Shown: piece by piece, positions 38,032 to 49,241 of the stretch | Layout: the number at the start of each line of letters is the position of its first letter | How positions within the stretch are numbered: the first letter of the stretch is position 1 | DNA from: a bacterium | Lineage (GTDB): Bacteria; UBA8248 | DNA: 64,000 bases | Assembly (NCBI GenBank): GCA_965207065.1 | Contig: OZ242260.1 | Location: 2,368,001-2,432,000, forward strand | Direction: 5' to 3' | The notes under the pieces: model-generated | What the model was told of the DNA's origin: nothing | Database searches by the model: none | Seen by the model: the letters and a program-made list of their open reading frames with translations, nothing else | Translations under genes and position numbers: made by a program

Positions 38032-38994
38032 ATGGAAGCATATTTCGCGAGTTTTCCCATCTGGGCGAACTTTCTCTTTTTCGCTGCGGGCCTCTTCATT
38101 ATCACGAAAGGCGCCGACTGGTTCACCGACGGCGCAGTGGGAGTCGCCGAGATCACGGGGATTCCCAAAGTGATCGTCGGCGCCACCCTGGTGAGTCTGG
38201 CGACGACGGCTCCCGAATTCAGCGTTTCCGTCATCGCTGCCTGGCTGGAACATCCAGCCACGTCCGTGGGCAATGCGGTCGGTTCCACCATCTGCAACAT
38301 CGGACTTATCCTGGCGGTGGCGTTCCTGCTCGAGCCCGTGTCCCTGGCCCGGGAAGATGTTCTGCCGAAAGGGCTCTTCATGCTGATGATGGGCGTGTTG
38401 CTCCTTACCCTGGGCTGGGACGGAAAAATCGCCCGCGTGGAGGGCGTGGTCCTGTTCGTTTTTGTGCCTGTTTATCTGTGGTTCACCATGAAGCGGGCGA
38501 CGTGGACGGATTTCGATATCGGGAGTGCGGTGACGGACCGGGAAAAGCAGCATGTCGGGCTGCTGTTCATCGCCGGATCGATCGCGGTCGTTCTCGGCAG
38601 CATTCTGCTCGTTCAGAACGCGGTGCATCTGGCCCGCGCCATGGGCGTCCCTGAACTCATCATTGCCCTCACGCTCGTGGCCATCGGCACCTCTCTGCCC
38701 GAATTGATCACGGCCGTTTCCGCATCCTTGAGCGGTCACGGGGATATGGCCGTCGGTAATGTGCTGGGAGCGAATGTACTGAACATCGCGTGGGTACTGG
38801 GCGGGGCGTCCCTCATCACTCCCTTGGGGATAGAGCACCAATCGTTCGTCCTGGATTTTCCATTCATGCTCTTGATGATGGTTTTGTTCGTGTTTTTTGC
38901 CGTATGGAGACGCAGACTGGGGAGCAGCGCAGGGCTGATGTTCCTTGCGGGATATGTATGCTATCTGGTGCTGATGTTCGCCTATTTTGTCTGA
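38032..38994 (+). CDS. Calcium/sodium antiporter (CaCA, YrbG-like)
   Basis: ATTAPE/GNAVGS and GTSLPE/GNVLGAN alpha repeats. Confidence 0.92.
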   Translation: MEAYFASFPIWANFLFFAAGLFIITKGADWFTDGAVGVAEITGIPKVIVGATLVSLATTAPEFSVSVIAAWLEHPATSVGNAVGSTICNIGLILAVAFLLEPVSLAREDVLPKGLFMLMMGVLLLTLGWDGKIARVEGVVLFVFVPVYLWFTMKRATWTDFDIGSAVTDREKQHVGLLFIAGSIAVVLGSILLVQNAVHLARAMGVPELIIALTLVAIGTSLPELITAVSASLSGHGDMAVGNVLGANVLNIAWVLGGASLITPLGIEHQSFVLDFPFMLLMMVLFVFFAVWRRRLGSSAGLMFLAGYVCYLVLMFAYFV

Positions 38995-39099
38995 GGGCCT
39001 CCGGCGCGGATAAAATAATTTTCTCTCCGCGCCGTTTGCCGGTATATTAAAGGTTGATTTTCTGGATTGTTCTCGAGGTTCGCAGGGAAAGGGAATGAG

Positions 39100-39954
39100 A
39101 TGGACATGAAGAGGATATTCACGCTGCTGGCGGCGGTTTTGTTTTTCGGTGGCCCGGACGCGGAAGGGGCGAGCCAGAAAACCAATCCCTCCATGAAAGA
39201 TATGGAACAGGTCGTCATCGAGGTGAACGAGCAGAAAATCACACTGGGTGAAATTGAAGCGAGGCTCGGTCGATTCGCTCCCGCCGTAAGGATCCGTATC
39301 CGCAAGAACAAGGGGCAGTTCCTCGAAGGTCTGGTTCAGGGGGAACTCCTGTACCAGGAAGCGGTTCGCCGGAAAATCGACGAATCTCCCGAGATTCAGA
39401 AAAGGATCGCGCGATTAAAGCGAAGGCTCGTCATTGAGGAGTTCGTGAGGCAGGGCGCCGGGACGACGGCCACGACCGATCGGCAGTTGCGCGATTTCTT
39501 CCTCGCCAACAAGGAACGGTTCCGCCGCAAGGAGTCGGTCACACTGGCCCACATCGTTCTCAAAACCGAGGAGGATGCGTGGGACGCCGTCGCGGAACTC
39601 AGAAAAGGGACGCCTTTTGCACAGGTGGCGAGGCGGCGCTCCATCTTTGAGGGCACGCGGGATTCGGGCGGGGTGATGGGCACGGCCGTGCGGGGCGCGC
39701 TGGAGAAAGCGCTTGAGGGCGTGGCGTTCAAACTGCCCATCGGCCAGCCGAGCGAACCGATTCGCACTTCCGTCGGCTGGCAGGTGATACGAGTGCTCGA
39801 ACGCGTCAATGCCGCCGACGCGAAGTTTGAGGACGTCAAGGAGGACGTAAGGCTCGTTTATTCCGAACTCAAGCGAAGCGAGAACTACAAGGCGCTGCTC
39901 AGGCGCTTACGCGAAGGAGCGAAGGTAAAAGTTCACACAGATCGGTTCAAATAG
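39100..39954 (+). CDS. PpiC/parvulin-type peptidyl-prolyl isomerase (PrsA/SurA-like)
   Basis: Signal peptide; LAHIVLK, FAQVARRRS, SGG.MG, SEPIRTSVGWQVI. Confidence 0.85.
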   Translation: MDMKRIFTLLAAVLFFGGPDAEGASQKTNPSMKDMEQVVIEVNEQKITLGEIEARLGRFAPAVRIRIRKNKGQFLEGLVQGELLYQEAVRRKIDESPEIQKRIARLKRRLVIEEFVRQGAGTTATTDRQLRDFFLANKERFRRKESVTLAHIVLKTEEDAWDAVAELRKGTPFAQVARRRSIFEGTRDSGGVMGTAVRGALEKALEGVAFKLPIGQPSEPIRTSVGWQVIRVLERVNAADAKFEDVKEDVRLVYSELKRSENYKALLRRLREGAKVKVHTDRFK

Positions 39955-40038
39955 TCCGTCGCACGACCGGCATCGTGTTCTATTCACATTTTTTCCACAA
40001 TTTCTCCTCCGAATATCCCCGGCTCTTCCACGGCCTAT

Positions 40039-40096
40039 CCACAAGAAATTGTGGTTTTGAGCAAAATAATTATTGACGCGGCACTATATCTTGTGG
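40039..40096. promoter_or_regulatory. Tandem NrdR-box-like sites upstream of dcd
   Basis: GCACTATATCTTGTGG (40081-40096) and CCACAAGAAATTGTGG (40039-40054) resemble acaCwAtATaTwGtgt. Confidence 0.55.
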
Positions 40097-40359
40097 CTAA
40101 ATTAATTTTCTCGAAACATGGAGGTTTAAGCGATTGCCAAGCGCGTCTCTCGTTTTCGGACCGGAGAAACGCTTGTCGGGTCGCCCCCGTTTCGGGCGGA
40201 CAGGGGCGACCATCTGGGGGTGGGGGGAGTTGGTCTCCTCTCGCCCCCAGATATTATATGTCCGGGAATTTCACCCCCGAAATCTCGTGCATCGATCGTT
40301 TTCGGTTTTGGCTGGAATCCGGAATTTCACGAAGTGCCCCGGGAGGCGAGGTGCACGCG

Positions 40360-40914
40360 ATGTCGATCAAATCGGACAAGTGGATAACGAAGATGTCGCG
40401 CGAGCACGGGATGATCGAGCCCTTCGAGGACAAACAGGTGCGCGAGGGGGCCATCTCCTACGGCGTCTCTTCTTACGGCTACGACATCCGCATTGCCGAT
40501 GAGTTCATGATTTTCACGAACGTGAACTCGACCATCGTGGATCCAAAGAATTTCGACGAGCGCTCGCTCGTCAAAGTGAAGGCCGACACCTGCATCATCC
40601 CGCCGAATTCCTTCGCCCTGGCCAAGACGGTGGAATATTTTCGCATCCCCAGAAGCGTGCTCACCGTCTGCGTCGGCAAGAGCACCTATGCGCGCTGCGG
40701 CATCATCGTCAACGTTACGCCCTTCGAGCCCGAGTGGGAGGGCTTCGTCACCCTCGAAGTTTCGAACACCACGCCCCTGCCCGCCAAGATATATGCGAAC
40801 GAGGGCATCGCGCAGGTCCTGTTCTTCGAGAGCGACGAGGAGTGCGAGACCTCCTACGCCGACAAGAAGGGCAAGTACCAGAAACAACAGGGCCTCACCC
40901 TGGCGAAGCTGTAG
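40360..40914 (+). CDS. dcd: dCTP deaminase
   Basis: [38 protein letters not shown]. Confidence 0.96.
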   Translation: MSIKSDKWITKMSREHGMIEPFEDKQVREGAISYGVSSYGYDIRIADEFMIFTNVNSTIVDPKNFDERSLVKVKADTCIIPPNSFALAKTVEYFRIPRSVLTVCVGKSTYARCGIIVNVTPFEPEWEGFVTLEVSNTTPLPAKIYANEGIAQVLFFESDEECETSYADKKGKYQKQQGLTLAKL

Positions 40915-40922
40915 GGGTCAAT

Positions 40923-40993
40923 CGCGACAGATGATGGAGCGATTGACGAGACAGATGATGGAGCGATTGACGCGACCGGGAAGGGAGCGATTG
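40923..40993 (+). repeat. 24-bp tandem repeat (two near-identical units plus one degenerate)
   Basis: CG(C/A)GACAGATGATGGAGCGATTGA twice, then CGCGACCGGGAAGGGAGCGATTG. Confidence 0.85.
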
Positions 40994-41229
40994 CTCTTTG
41001 TTATGTCATGCGGCCCCTCCTTCATCTGTCGGAGTTGACCTAAACCTCATCAGCCTTCGCTACTGAGGGCGCGGCTTCTGCGGTCTTCCCGCTCCCCGAA
41101 CCCTTTGTTTTTTTTTACTTTCGTGTTTCGCGCTTTGATGTTTCGCCATCCTGTTGTATGATGATCCGATACAACCCGCCCGTGAAGCGGACTCTCCTGC
41201 TTCATCGGAATTCACGGAGGGCGTCCTCG

Positions 41230-41715
41230 GTGCCCCAGGAACTCTCTCATATCGATGAGCAGGGCCGCGCCCGCATGGTGGACGTCGGGGACAAGGAGGT
41301 CACCCGCCGCGAGGCCGTGGCGCGCGGCCGCCTGGAGATGGCGCCCGAAACTTTGCGCTTGATTCTCGAAGGAGACCTGCCCAAGGGGGACGTGCTGGGC
41401 ACGGCGCGCATCGCAGGCGTGATGGCGGCCAAGCAGTGCGCGAACCTCATCCCGATGTGTCATCCGCTGCGAATATCGAGCGTGGAAATTGACTTCTCGG
41501 CGGATGAGCCGCTCGGCCTGTTGCGCATCGAGGTCAAAGTGCGCGCGCGGGACAGAACGGGCGTGGAGATGGAAGCCCTGACGGCCGTGAGCGTGGCCGG
41601 CCTGACAGTCTACGACATGTGCAAGGCGGTGGATAAGGGCATGGTGCTCTCGGATGTTCGGCTGGTGATGAAATCGGGCGGAAAGAGCGGAGATTTCATT
41701 CTGGACGAAGAGTAG
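41230..41715 (+). CDS. moaC: Cyclic pyranopterin monophosphate synthase MoaC
   Basis: ARMVDVGDK, KGDVL, LIPMCHP, TGVEMEAL, YDMCKAVD. Confidence 0.96.
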   Translation: MPQELSHIDEQGRARMVDVGDKEVTRREAVARGRLEMAPETLRLILEGDLPKGDVLGTARIAGVMAAKQCANLIPMCHPLRISSVEIDFSADEPLGLLRIEVKVRARDRTGVEMEALTAVSVAGLTVYDMCKAVDKGMVLSDVRLVMKSGGKSGDFILDEE

Positions 41716-41912
41716 TCATTTTATAGCGTCTTGTCCTTGGGGAGACACCGCGCCTGACCCGCTTTCGCCCTTTACCCGGCGCTGCGGGCAACAAGCCTGG
41801 AGCCCGGCGCTTCACTCTCGGACGTGAATTGGATTCCGTCGGAAATTATGACGAAACAAAGCTGCTATAATATGCCATGGCAAATGAATAAGATGTTTCG
41901 GGGGAAACATAA

Positions 41913-42992
41913 ATGAAAGAGACCACAAAAAAGATTTCGATAGAGACGATACCTCAGGAGAAAAGGGCGGATTCAAACCGCCTGGGCTTGATTCTGGGCG
42001 CTCTGTTCATCATCCTCTGCGGCGTCATGGGAGGAGCGCTCGCCGAAGCTCTGGGCGTGGCGAGCCGCGCGGCCGGCATGGCCGCGGGCGCTTTGGCGGG
42101 CGTTGCGCTGCTGGCGCTCGCAAGGGAGCTCAGCAAGCTCAAGGTAGGCGTTCTGGCGGGCGGGGCCGCGGGTCTGCTCTTCGGCCTGCTGGCCGCCCTG
42201 CTGCTGTGCGCTCTCATCGGCGAGGCGTTTCCGCAGAACGTCCGTCCCCTGGCGGGCGCTTTCGTCGGCTTGCTTTTCAGCTGTATGGGTGTTTTTCTCG
42301 GTTCGGCGGCGGGAAGCCTGTATTCACCGACTCTTCCCGCTAAGGGAAAAGACGCGGGCGCCAAGAAGCACCATCACGCCATGATTCTCGATACCAGCGT
42401 CATCATCGACGGACGCATTGCCGATATTTGCGAGGCGGGCTTCGTGGAAGGTCCGATGGTGGTGCCCCAGTTCGTACTCAAGGAGTTGCAGCAGATAGCG
42501 GACTCGTCCGACTCCCTGAAGCGAAATCGGGGGCGCCGCGGCCTCGACGTGCTCCAGCGGATTCAGCAGAACCAGGATCTCGACATCGACATCATTGAGA
42601 CCGACTTCCCCCGCGTGAAGGAGGTGGACACCAAGCTCGTGCTCCTGGGAAAGGAGATATGCGGGAAGGTGATGACCAACGATTTCAACTTGAATAAGGT
42701 GGCCGAGCTTCAAGGGGTGCGGGTTCTCAACATCAACGAGTTGGCCAACGCGGTGAAGCCGGTCGTTCTTCCTGGTGAGGACATGAGCGTGTTCGTCATC
42801 AAGGAGGGTAAGGAGCATAACCAGGGCGTCGGATATCTCGACGATGGAACCATGGTGGTGGTGGACAACGCCAAGGGCCGTATCGGCGAGCAGATTCCCG
42901 TCTCCGTGACGAGTGTCCTGCAGACGACAGCCGGGCGTATGATTTTTACGAAAATACGAGATGAAGCCGAACTATCGCAAACCGGCGCTTAA
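41913..42992 (+). CDS. PIN/TRAM-domain membrane protein (YacL-like)
   Basis: [35 protein letters not shown]; upstream of ispD; TGCTATAAT extended -10 at 41863-41871. Confidence 0.92.
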   Translation: MKETTKKISIETIPQEKRADSNRLGLILGALFIILCGVMGGALAEALGVASRAAGMAAGALAGVALLALARELSKLKVGVLAGGAAGLLFGLLAALLLCALIGEAFPQNVRPLAGAFVGLLFSCMGVFLGSAAGSLYSPTLPAKGKDAGAKKHHHAMILDTSVIIDGRIADICEAGFVEGPMVVPQFVLKELQQIADSSDSLKRNRGRRGLDVLQRIQQNQDLDIDIIETDFPRVKEVDTKLVLLGKEICGKVMTNDFNLNKVAELQGVRVLNINELANAVKPVVLPGEDMSVFVIKEGKEHNQGVGYLDDGTMVVVDNAKGRIGEQIPVSVTSVLQTTAGRMIFTKIRDEAELSQTGA

Positions 42993-43725
42993 GCGCGCTT
43001 TCTCCTCTTCAGCTTTGCCGGGTCCCGATGAGACGGCGGCCATCGTTCCCGCCGCAGGCCGGGGCTTGCGCCTGCCCGGCGCAGTGGCCAAACAGTTTCG
43101 AAATCTCTCCGGAAAGCCCCTTTTTCATCATTGTCTGTTACGAATCGCGCGCATGGGCCTCGTGGGTCGGATCGTCGTGGCGGTTCCCTCCGGCTCGGAC
43201 CCGCCCGCACTTCCTGATGGGCTGGGCGCGGAGGTTCATCTCGTCGAAGGCGGCGCGCGCCGCCAGGATTCGGTGCGAAACGGGCTCGACGCCCTGGGCG
43301 ACGGCGTTTCCTGGGTGGTCGTACACGACGGGGCGAGGCCCCTGGTGACGCCCGAGCTCATGGAGAGATGCCTGCTCGGCGCGGCGGAGACGGGCGCCGC
43401 CATCGCGGCCCTGCGTGTGGTGGATACGGTGAAGGTGGGCGACGCCGATGGCTTCATCGAGGCGACGCGCCCGCGCGAGGGTCTGTGGCTCGCACAGACG
43501 CCCCAGGTGGCGCGGCGGGAGTTGCTCGTCCGCGCGATGGAGTGGGCGGACGCGAATGATTTCGAGGGGACCGACGAGGCGGCCCTTCTGGAAGCCATAG
43601 GCGTGCGGGTGAAGCTCGTGGAAGGAAGCGCGCAGAACATCAAGGTGACGTCCCCTGGCGACATGGAGCGCGCGGCGCGCCTGATGGAACTTGAACAAGG
43701 TAGGCAAGCGGAGGCTTCCACATGA
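42961..43725 (+). CDS. ispD: 2-C-methyl-D-erythritol 4-phosphate cytidylyltransferase
   Basis: [33 protein letters not shown]. Confidence 0.95.
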   Translation: MKPNYRKPALKRAFSSSALPGPDETAAIVPAAGRGLRLPGAVAKQFRNLSGKPLFHHCLLRIARMGLVGRIVVAVPSGSDPPALPDGLGAEVHLVEGGARRQDSVRNGLDALGDGVSWVVVHDGARPLVTPELMERCLLGAAETGAAIAALRVVDTVKVGDADGFIEATRPREGLWLAQTPQVARRELLVRAMEWADANDFEGTDEAALLEAIGVRVKLVEGSAQNIKVTSPGDMERAARLMELEQGRQAEAST

Positions 43726-44204
43726 TTCGCGTAGGCGTAGGCTACGACGTCCACCGCTTCGAGGCGGATCGCAAGCTGATACTCGGCGGCGTGGAGATTC
43801 CCTTTGAGCAAGGTCTCTCCGGGCACTCCGACGCCGATGCGCTCATCCACGCGATCATCGACGCGCTTCTGGGCGCGGCGGCCCTGGGCGACATCGGCGC
43901 GCATTTCCCCGATACGGACGAGGCGTATCGCGGCGCGGACAGCCGGGAACTGCTCGCGCGCGTGGTGGCGCTTCTCGCAGAGCGCGGCATGAGGCCGAAC
44001 AACGTGGACTCCGTGGTCGTGGCGCAAAGACCGAAACTCGCTCCCCATATCCCCGCGATGCGCGAAGTCATCTCCTCCATTCTGGGAATCCCGCCCGATC
44101 GGGTGGGCATCAAGGCGACGACGGGCGAGGGGCTCGGCTTCGTGGGGCGCGAGGAGGGCGTCGCGGCGCACGCGGTTTGCACGATAAGCGTGGAGTCTCC
44201 TTGA
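43722..44204 (+). CDS. ispF: 2-C-methyl-D-erythritol 2,4-cyclodiphosphate synthase
   Basis: [30 protein letters not shown]. Confidence 0.96.
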   Translation: MIRVGVGYDVHRFEADRKLILGGVEIPFEQGLSGHSDADALIHAIIDALLGAAALGDIGAHFPDTDEAYRGADSRELLARVVALLAERGMRPNNVDSVVVAQRPKLAPHIPAMREVISSILGIPPDRVGIKATTGEGLGFVGREEGVAAHAVCTISVESP

Positions 44205-44295
44205 CGCCCATCGGCGGGGCATGACAAATTTCTGCCCGGACGCGGCCCGGAACACATTTTACCCCCTTGACCATGCGGGTTCTGGAGAGATTCAT

Positions 44296-45759
44296 TTGGG
44301 ACTTCAGCTATACAACACGTTGACGAGAAAAAAAGAACCCTTCGAGCCCCTGGAAGAAGGCCGCGTGAAGATGTACGTCTGCGGGGTGACGGTGTACGAC
44401 CACTGCCATCTCGGGCACGCGCGCGCCGCCATCGTCTTCGACGTCATTCACCGCTATTTCGAATACCGGGGCTACGATGTTCTCTTCGTGTGCAACTTCA
44501 CGGACGTGGACGACAAGATCATCGCCCGCGCCCGGCGTCTCAAGATTCCCATCGGCGAGCTGACCGAAAAATTTATTGATGAATACTACACGGACATGGA
44601 TGCGCTCGGCGTACAGCGGGCGGACGCCGCTCCCCGCGCGACGGAGAACATCGAGGGCATGATCGAGATGATCGAGAAGCTCATCGAGAAGGGTATCGCC
44701 TACGAGATGTCGGGCAACGTCTATTACGACATCGATAAATTCGCAGGCTACGGCAAACTCTCGGGCCGCAATACCGAAGAACTCGAGGCAGGCCACCGCA
44801 TCGAGCCGGGCGAGGGCAAGCGCAACCCGCTCGATTTCGCCCTCTGGAAGGCGGCGAAGCCCGGCGAGCCCGAATGGGAGAGTCCCTGGGGGGCTGGCCG
44901 GCCCGGCTGGCACATCGAGTGCTCCGTCATGTCGAGCCGGTATCTCGGGGAGCGGTTCGATATTCACGGCGGGGGGGAGGACTTGGTGTTCCCCCACCAT
45001 GAAAACGAGATCGCGCAGAGCGAGGGCTGCTTCGGGCACGAGTGGGTGCGCTACTGGGTGCACAACGGCTTTGTGCAGATCAACCACGAGAAGATGAGCA
45101 AGTCGAAGGGCAACTTCTTCACCATCAAGGCGATCCTCGAGGACCACCCGGCCGAGGTGATCCGATATTTCCTGCTGGGGACGCACTACAGACACCCCGT
45201 GGATTACTCGGATCAGGTGGTCGGCGACGCGAGGAAAGGGCTGGACAGGCTCTACAACGTGCGGCTCAGGCTCGCCCGGAGCGGAGGAGAAGACTCGGGC
45301 GGCTGGCGCGAGCGGGTGGAGGAGGCGGTCGCCGCCTTCCGCGCGCAGTTCACGGAAGCCATGGACGATGACTTCAACACCGCGCGCGCCCTGGGGTATC
45401 TGTTCGACTTTGGGCGCCGGATAAACGGCTTCATCAATGAGGCGGGCGCGCTGCCCGAATCCGCCGCCGCACTTGCGAGCGAGGTCTTTGAAGAGGTGGG
45501 CGAGGTGCTGGGCCTGTTCACCCACCCGCCGGAGGAGTGGTTCCGAAACGCAGCGAGCGTCTCGTCCGCTGAAGTGGAGGAGGGCCAAAACGGCGTCTTG
45601 CGCGATGAGGAGATAGAAGCGTTGCTCGAACGCCGCGCGGAGGCGCGGGCGAGCAGGGATTTCCCGGAGGCCGACCGGATCCGGGAAGAACTCGCGGAGG
45701 CCGGCATCGTGTTGGAAGACAGCCCCGGCGGCACCCTCTGGAAGCGAAGGGTGCCGTGA
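44296..45759 (+). CDS. cysS: Cysteine--tRNA ligase
   Basis: MYVCGVTVYDHCHLGH, GRPGWHIEC, KMSKS. Confidence 0.97.
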   Translation: MGLQLYNTLTRKKEPFEPLEEGRVKMYVCGVTVYDHCHLGHARAAIVFDVIHRYFEYRGYDVLFVCNFTDVDDKIIARARRLKIPIGELTEKFIDEYYTDMDALGVQRADAAPRATENIEGMIEMIEKLIEKGIAYEMSGNVYYDIDKFAGYGKLSGRNTEELEAGHRIEPGEGKRNPLDFALWKAAKPGEPEWESPWGAGRPGWHIECSVMSSRYLGERFDIHGGGEDLVFPHHENEIAQSEGCFGHEWVRYWVHNGFVQINHEKMSKSKGNFFTIKAILEDHPAEVIRYFLLGTHYRHPVDYSDQVVGDARKGLDRLYNVRLRLARSGGEDSGGWRERVEEAVAAFRAQFTEAMDDDFNTARALGYLFDFGRRINGFINEAGALPESAAALASEVFEEVGEVLGLFTHPPEEWFRNAASVSSAEVEEGQNGVLRDEEIEALLERRAEARASRDFPEADRIREELAEAGIVLEDSPGGTLWKRRVP

Positions 45760-45827
45760 TGTCTTGCGCAGGTGAGGCCCGTTGGTGCGCGCACCGCGTC
45801 TTCACGCTTCATCGAAGAGCATAGCAT

Positions 45828-46592
45828 TTGAAGCGCAAACCCGAATACGTCTGCGGCGCGCACAGCGTCCGGGCGGCTCTTGAGCGCGGGCCGGAGCGCG
45901 TCCGGCGGCTGTACGTCACCGCAGGGCGCCGGAACCGCAGCGTCTCCGAGGCGGTGCGGCTCGCCGAATCGCTCGGGGTTCCCGTCGAAGCCCTCGACAC
46001 CAGACAACTCACGCAGAAAGCCGCCACCGCGCAGCATCAAAACTTGGTGGCGGAGGTTCATCCCACGCAGCTTCTCTCGCTCGATGACTTAATCGAAGCC
46101 CAGCCCGCGTCGGCTCCGCCGATTCTGTTGCTCGACGGTCTGCAGGACCCGAGGAATTTCGGCGCGATCTTGAGGAGTGCGGCGGCCCTGGGGGCGGGCG
46201 GCGTCGTCTGGCCGAAGGATAACGCCGTGGGCCTTACGCCCGTCGCCTCGAAGGCGGCGGCAGGAGCGCTGGAGGTCGTGCCGCTCGCGCGTGTGACGAA
46301 TCTGGCGCGCGCCGTCTCGACGCTCAAAGAGGCGGGCTACTGGGCGCTGGCGGCGGACGCGCATGGGGATAAGACCCTCGGCGTCGATGAACTGCCCCGG
46401 CCCTGTTGCCTGGTGGTCGGGGCGGAGGGAAGGGGCGTGCGGCCGCTCGTGCTCAAAAACTGCGATGCGCGCGTGCGGATTCCCATCGAGGCGGGCGCCG
46501 TGTCCTCGCTGAACGCCTCGGTCGCCGCAGCGATCCTGCTGCACGGCGTGCGCGTAAACCCCTCGGAGGACGAGGACACGGCTCAGGCGTAG
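45828..46592 (+). CDS. rlmB: 23S rRNA (guanosine-2'-O)-methyltransferase RlmB
   Basis: LDGLQDPRNFGAILRS, GAEGRG, SLNASVA; follows cysS. Confidence 0.9.
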   Translation: MKRKPEYVCGAHSVRAALERGPERVRRLYVTAGRRNRSVSEAVRLAESLGVPVEALDTRQLTQKAATAQHQNLVAEVHPTQLLSLDDLIEAQPASAPPILLLDGLQDPRNFGAILRSAAALGAGGVVWPKDNAVGLTPVASKAAAGALEVVPLARVTNLARAVSTLKEAGYWALAADAHGDKTLGVDELPRPCCLVVGAEGRGVRPLVLKNCDARVRIPIEAGAVSSLNASVAAAILLHGVRVNPSEDEDTAQA

Positions 46593-46680
46593 ACCTCTCT
46601 TATGAGCTCCTTGATATTTGAGAGCCGAACTATCGCCGCGCCCTCTTTGCTTTTCACTCCCCCAAAGAGGATAAAGGGGG

Positions 46681-46709
46681 TTGACAAGGTGGGCCGGTGG
46701 GCCTAATTT
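46681..46709 (+). promoter_or_regulatory. sigma70 promoter of the tRNA-tuf operon
   Basis: TTGACA-17 bp-TAATTT followed by a GC-rich discriminator. Confidence 0.65.
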
Positions 46710-46724
46710 AACCCGCCTTTGTTG

Positions 46725-46800
46725 GCTGGCGTAGCTCAGCTGGTAGAGCAGCTGATTTGTAATCAGCAGGTCGGAGGTTCGAGTCCTCTCGCCAGCTCCA
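46725..46800 (+). tRNA. tRNA-Thr(UGU)
   Basis: 76-nt cloverleaf, anticodon TGT, TTCGA, 3' CCA. Confidence 0.96.
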
Positions 46801-46965
46801 CGGCGGGACACGCCTCCCGGACCCCGCTACAGAAAATCCGGCTGGAGAACGCGCGCGTTTTCCCCTTTCGGGCTTTGGTGAATATCGCGGCTTCGGGGAG
46901 CGGATGGTTCCCGCGAGGTATTTTTGATAGTTTTTATAACCGTATTTGATGAACGGCGGTTTTCA

Positions 46966-47050
46966 GGGGAGGTTCCCGAGTGGCCAAAGGGATCAGACTG
47001 TAAATCTGACGGCTCAGCCTTCGGAGGTTCGAATCCTCCCCTCCCCACCA
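46966..47050 (+). tRNA. tRNA-Tyr(GUA)
   Basis: 85 nt with long variable arm, anticodon GTA, CCA. Confidence 0.96.
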
Positions 47051-47097
47051 GCAGATGAATTGTCGAGACGACTAGGACACGCGCTTTGGGTTCAGAG

Positions 47098-47173
47098 GCG
47101 GGAATAGCTCAGATGGTAGAGCATCAGCCTTCCAAGCTGAGGGTCGCGGGTTCGAGCCCCGTTTCCCGCTCCA
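47098..47173 (+). tRNA. tRNA-Gly(UCC)
   Basis: 76 nt, anticodon TCC, CCA. Confidence 0.96.
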
Positions 47174-47353
47174 GGATGATTCGAGGCTCTCGCCTTTTCT
47201 TGATATGAATTTCAGTCGTGTGGATTTCGGCTCCCGGGGTTGCTCTGGAGGGAATAAGCTGTATTATCCGCCCGGAACGAATACCGGGGTTCATCGTTCG
47301 CGGAGGTTGCTTCGCCTGAAACAAATGATGTTCGCACGCCCGGGACGCAGCCG

Positions 47354-47429
47354 GCCCACGTAGCTCAGCCGGCAGAGCACTTCCTTGGTAAGGAAGAGGT
47401 CACCGGTTCAAGTCCGGTCGTGGGCTCCA
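47354..47429 (+). tRNA. tRNA-Thr(GGU)
   Basis: 76 nt, anticodon GGT, CCA. Confidence 0.96.
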
Positions 47430-47656
47430 GGGCAGGCGGAATTCATTGAAATTTTGAATTTTGTGCATTATCCTGCAAATCGCAAGAAACGCCTTGGAAT
47501 CCCTCGGGTTCGCAGATTTTCCCTTTGGCGATGGACAAGGTTTCGTCCAAGCGGGTATAAAGGCGCGTTTTTCGGGAATGACAAGCAAGAGAGGAAATGG
47601 TTCCTCTCCCCAGAAAGATATTTTTAAGAATTTTCATCAGAAGGAGAAGGGAAGCC

Positions 47657-48835
47657 ATGGCGAAGGCGAAGTTTGAGCGCACGAAGCCGCACGTGAACGT
47701 AGGGACGATAGGGCACGTGGACCATGGGAAGACGACGTTGACGGCCGCGATCACGAAACACCTCTCTGCGAAGGGGATGGCGGAGGAGATCGGCTTCGAC
47801 GAGATCGACAAGGCGCCGGAGGAGCGCGAGCGGGGGATCACGATAGCGACGGCTCACGTTGAGTACGAGACGGACAACCGCCACTACGCGCACGTGGACT
47901 GTCCGGGCCATGCGGATTACGTGAAGAACATGATAACGGGCGCGGCGCAGATGGATGGCGCCATACTGGTGGTCTCGGCGGCGGACGGACCGATGCCGCA
48001 GACGCGCGAGCACATCCTGCTGGCTCGCCAGGTGGGGGTACCCTACATCTGCGTGTACCTGAACAAGGTGGACATGGTGGACGACGAGGAGCTTTTGGAG
48101 CTGGTGGAGCTGGAGGTCCGCGAGCTTTTATCGACGTATGAGTTCCCGGGCGACGACATACCGGTTGTTCCGGGTTCGGCGCTGAGAGCCTTGGAGGGGA
48201 CGGACACGTCTTCGATAGACGATTTGATGGAGGCGGTGGACGGCTACATCCCGGAGCCGGTCCGCGACGTGGACAAGCCGTTCCTGATGCCTGTGGAGGA
48301 CGTGTTTTCGATATCGGGCCGTGGCACGGTTGCGACGGGCCGTGTGGAGCGCGGGATCGTGAACGTTGGGGATGAGGTGGAGATAGTGGGCATCACGGAC
48401 ACGCGCAAGACGGTTGCGACGGGCGTTGAGATGTTCCGGAAGCTCCTGGACCAGGGCCAGGCGGGTGACAACGTAGGGGTATTGCTCCGGGGCATCAAGA
48501 AGGACGAGATAGAGCGCGGCCAGGTGCTGGCGCAGCCGGCCTCGATCATGCCGCACCTGAAGTTCAAGGGTGAGGTATACATACTGACGAAAGAAGAGGG
48601 TGGTCGTCACACGCCGTTTTTCAACGGCTACCGTCCTCAGTTTTATTTCCGTACGACGGACGTGACGGGTCTGGTGACGCTGCCTGAGGGTCGTGAGATG
48701 GTGATGCCGGGCGACAACGTATCGTTGGACGTAGAGTTGATAACGCCGATAGCGATGGAGCGCGAGTTGCGCTTCGCGATACGCGAGGGAGGCCGCACCG
48801 TGGGGGCCGGCGTCGTCACAGAGGTCGTCGAGTAG
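47657..48835 (+). CDS. tuf: Elongation factor Tu
   Basis: [32 protein letters not shown]. Confidence 0.99.
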   Translation: MAKAKFERTKPHVNVGTIGHVDHGKTTLTAAITKHLSAKGMAEEIGFDEIDKAPEERERGITIATAHVEYETDNRHYAHVDCPGHADYVKNMITGAAQMDGAILVVSAADGPMPQTREHILLARQVGVPYICVYLNKVDMVDDEELLELVELEVRELLSTYEFPGDDIPVVPGSALRALEGTDTSSIDDLMEAVDGYIPEPVRDVDKPFLMPVEDVFSISGRGTVATGRVERGIVNVGDEVEIVGITDTRKTVATGVEMFRKLLDQGQAGDNVGVLLRGIKKDEIERGQVLAQPASIMPHLKFKGEVYILTKEEGGRHTPFFNGYRPQFYFRTTDVTGLVTLPEGREMVMPGDNVSLDVELITPIAMERELRFAIREGGRTVGAGVVTEVVE

Positions 48836-48875
48836 AGCGGTCAGGCGGTCGTTTCAGAAGAATCAGGGCTTTCAC

Positions 48876-48951
48876 AGGCCAGTGGCTCAATTGGTAGAGC
48901 ACCGGACTCCAAATCCGGCGGTTGGGGGTTCGAGTCCCTCCTGGCCTGCCA
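48876..48951 (+). tRNA. tRNA-Trp(CCA)
   Basis: 76 nt, anticodon CCA, upstream of secE. Confidence 0.96.
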
Positions 48952-49009
48952 TGAACCCGGAGGGAGAGCCTGGGTTCAAAAGTCGGAAGCGGCTGCGGAG
49001 AGTGAATGG

Positions 49010-49225
49010 ATGAATAACAAGGTGATGGGCTGGATTCATCAGGGGCGCACCTTTCTGCGCGACGTGCAGAGCGAAGCGAAGCGCGTCACATGGCTCGGTA
49101 TGCGCCAGACGGCGGCGCAAACCGCCGTCGCCCTCGTATTCGTCTTCATCATTGCGATATATTTGGGACTCGTCGACTTGGCGTTGTCCCGGGCTGTCAG
49201 CTATTTCCTTAACTTCGGCTTCTAG
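49010..49225 (+). CDS. secE: Preprotein translocase subunit SecE
   Basis: FLRDVQSEAKRVTW plus one TM; between tRNA-Trp and nusG. Confidence 0.92.
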   Translation: MNNKVMGWIHQGRTFLRDVQSEAKRVTWLGMRQTAAQTAVALVFVFIIAIYLGLVDLALSRAVSYFLNFGF

Positions 49226-49241
49226 ATAACAGGAATCCAGT

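Noticed and set aside
39980-40060. DnaA-box cluster / oriC
   Set aside because: Only mismatched TTATCCACA-like words, no dnaA or dnaN nearby, and an NrdR-box reading fits better.
40923-40993. Possible mini CRISPR array
   Set aside because: The units are contiguous with no unique spacers, and no cas genes are in the window.
48836-48875. Absence of rpmG between tuf and tRNA-Trp
   Set aside because: tuf-tRNA-Trp-secE without rpmG is a common gene order.
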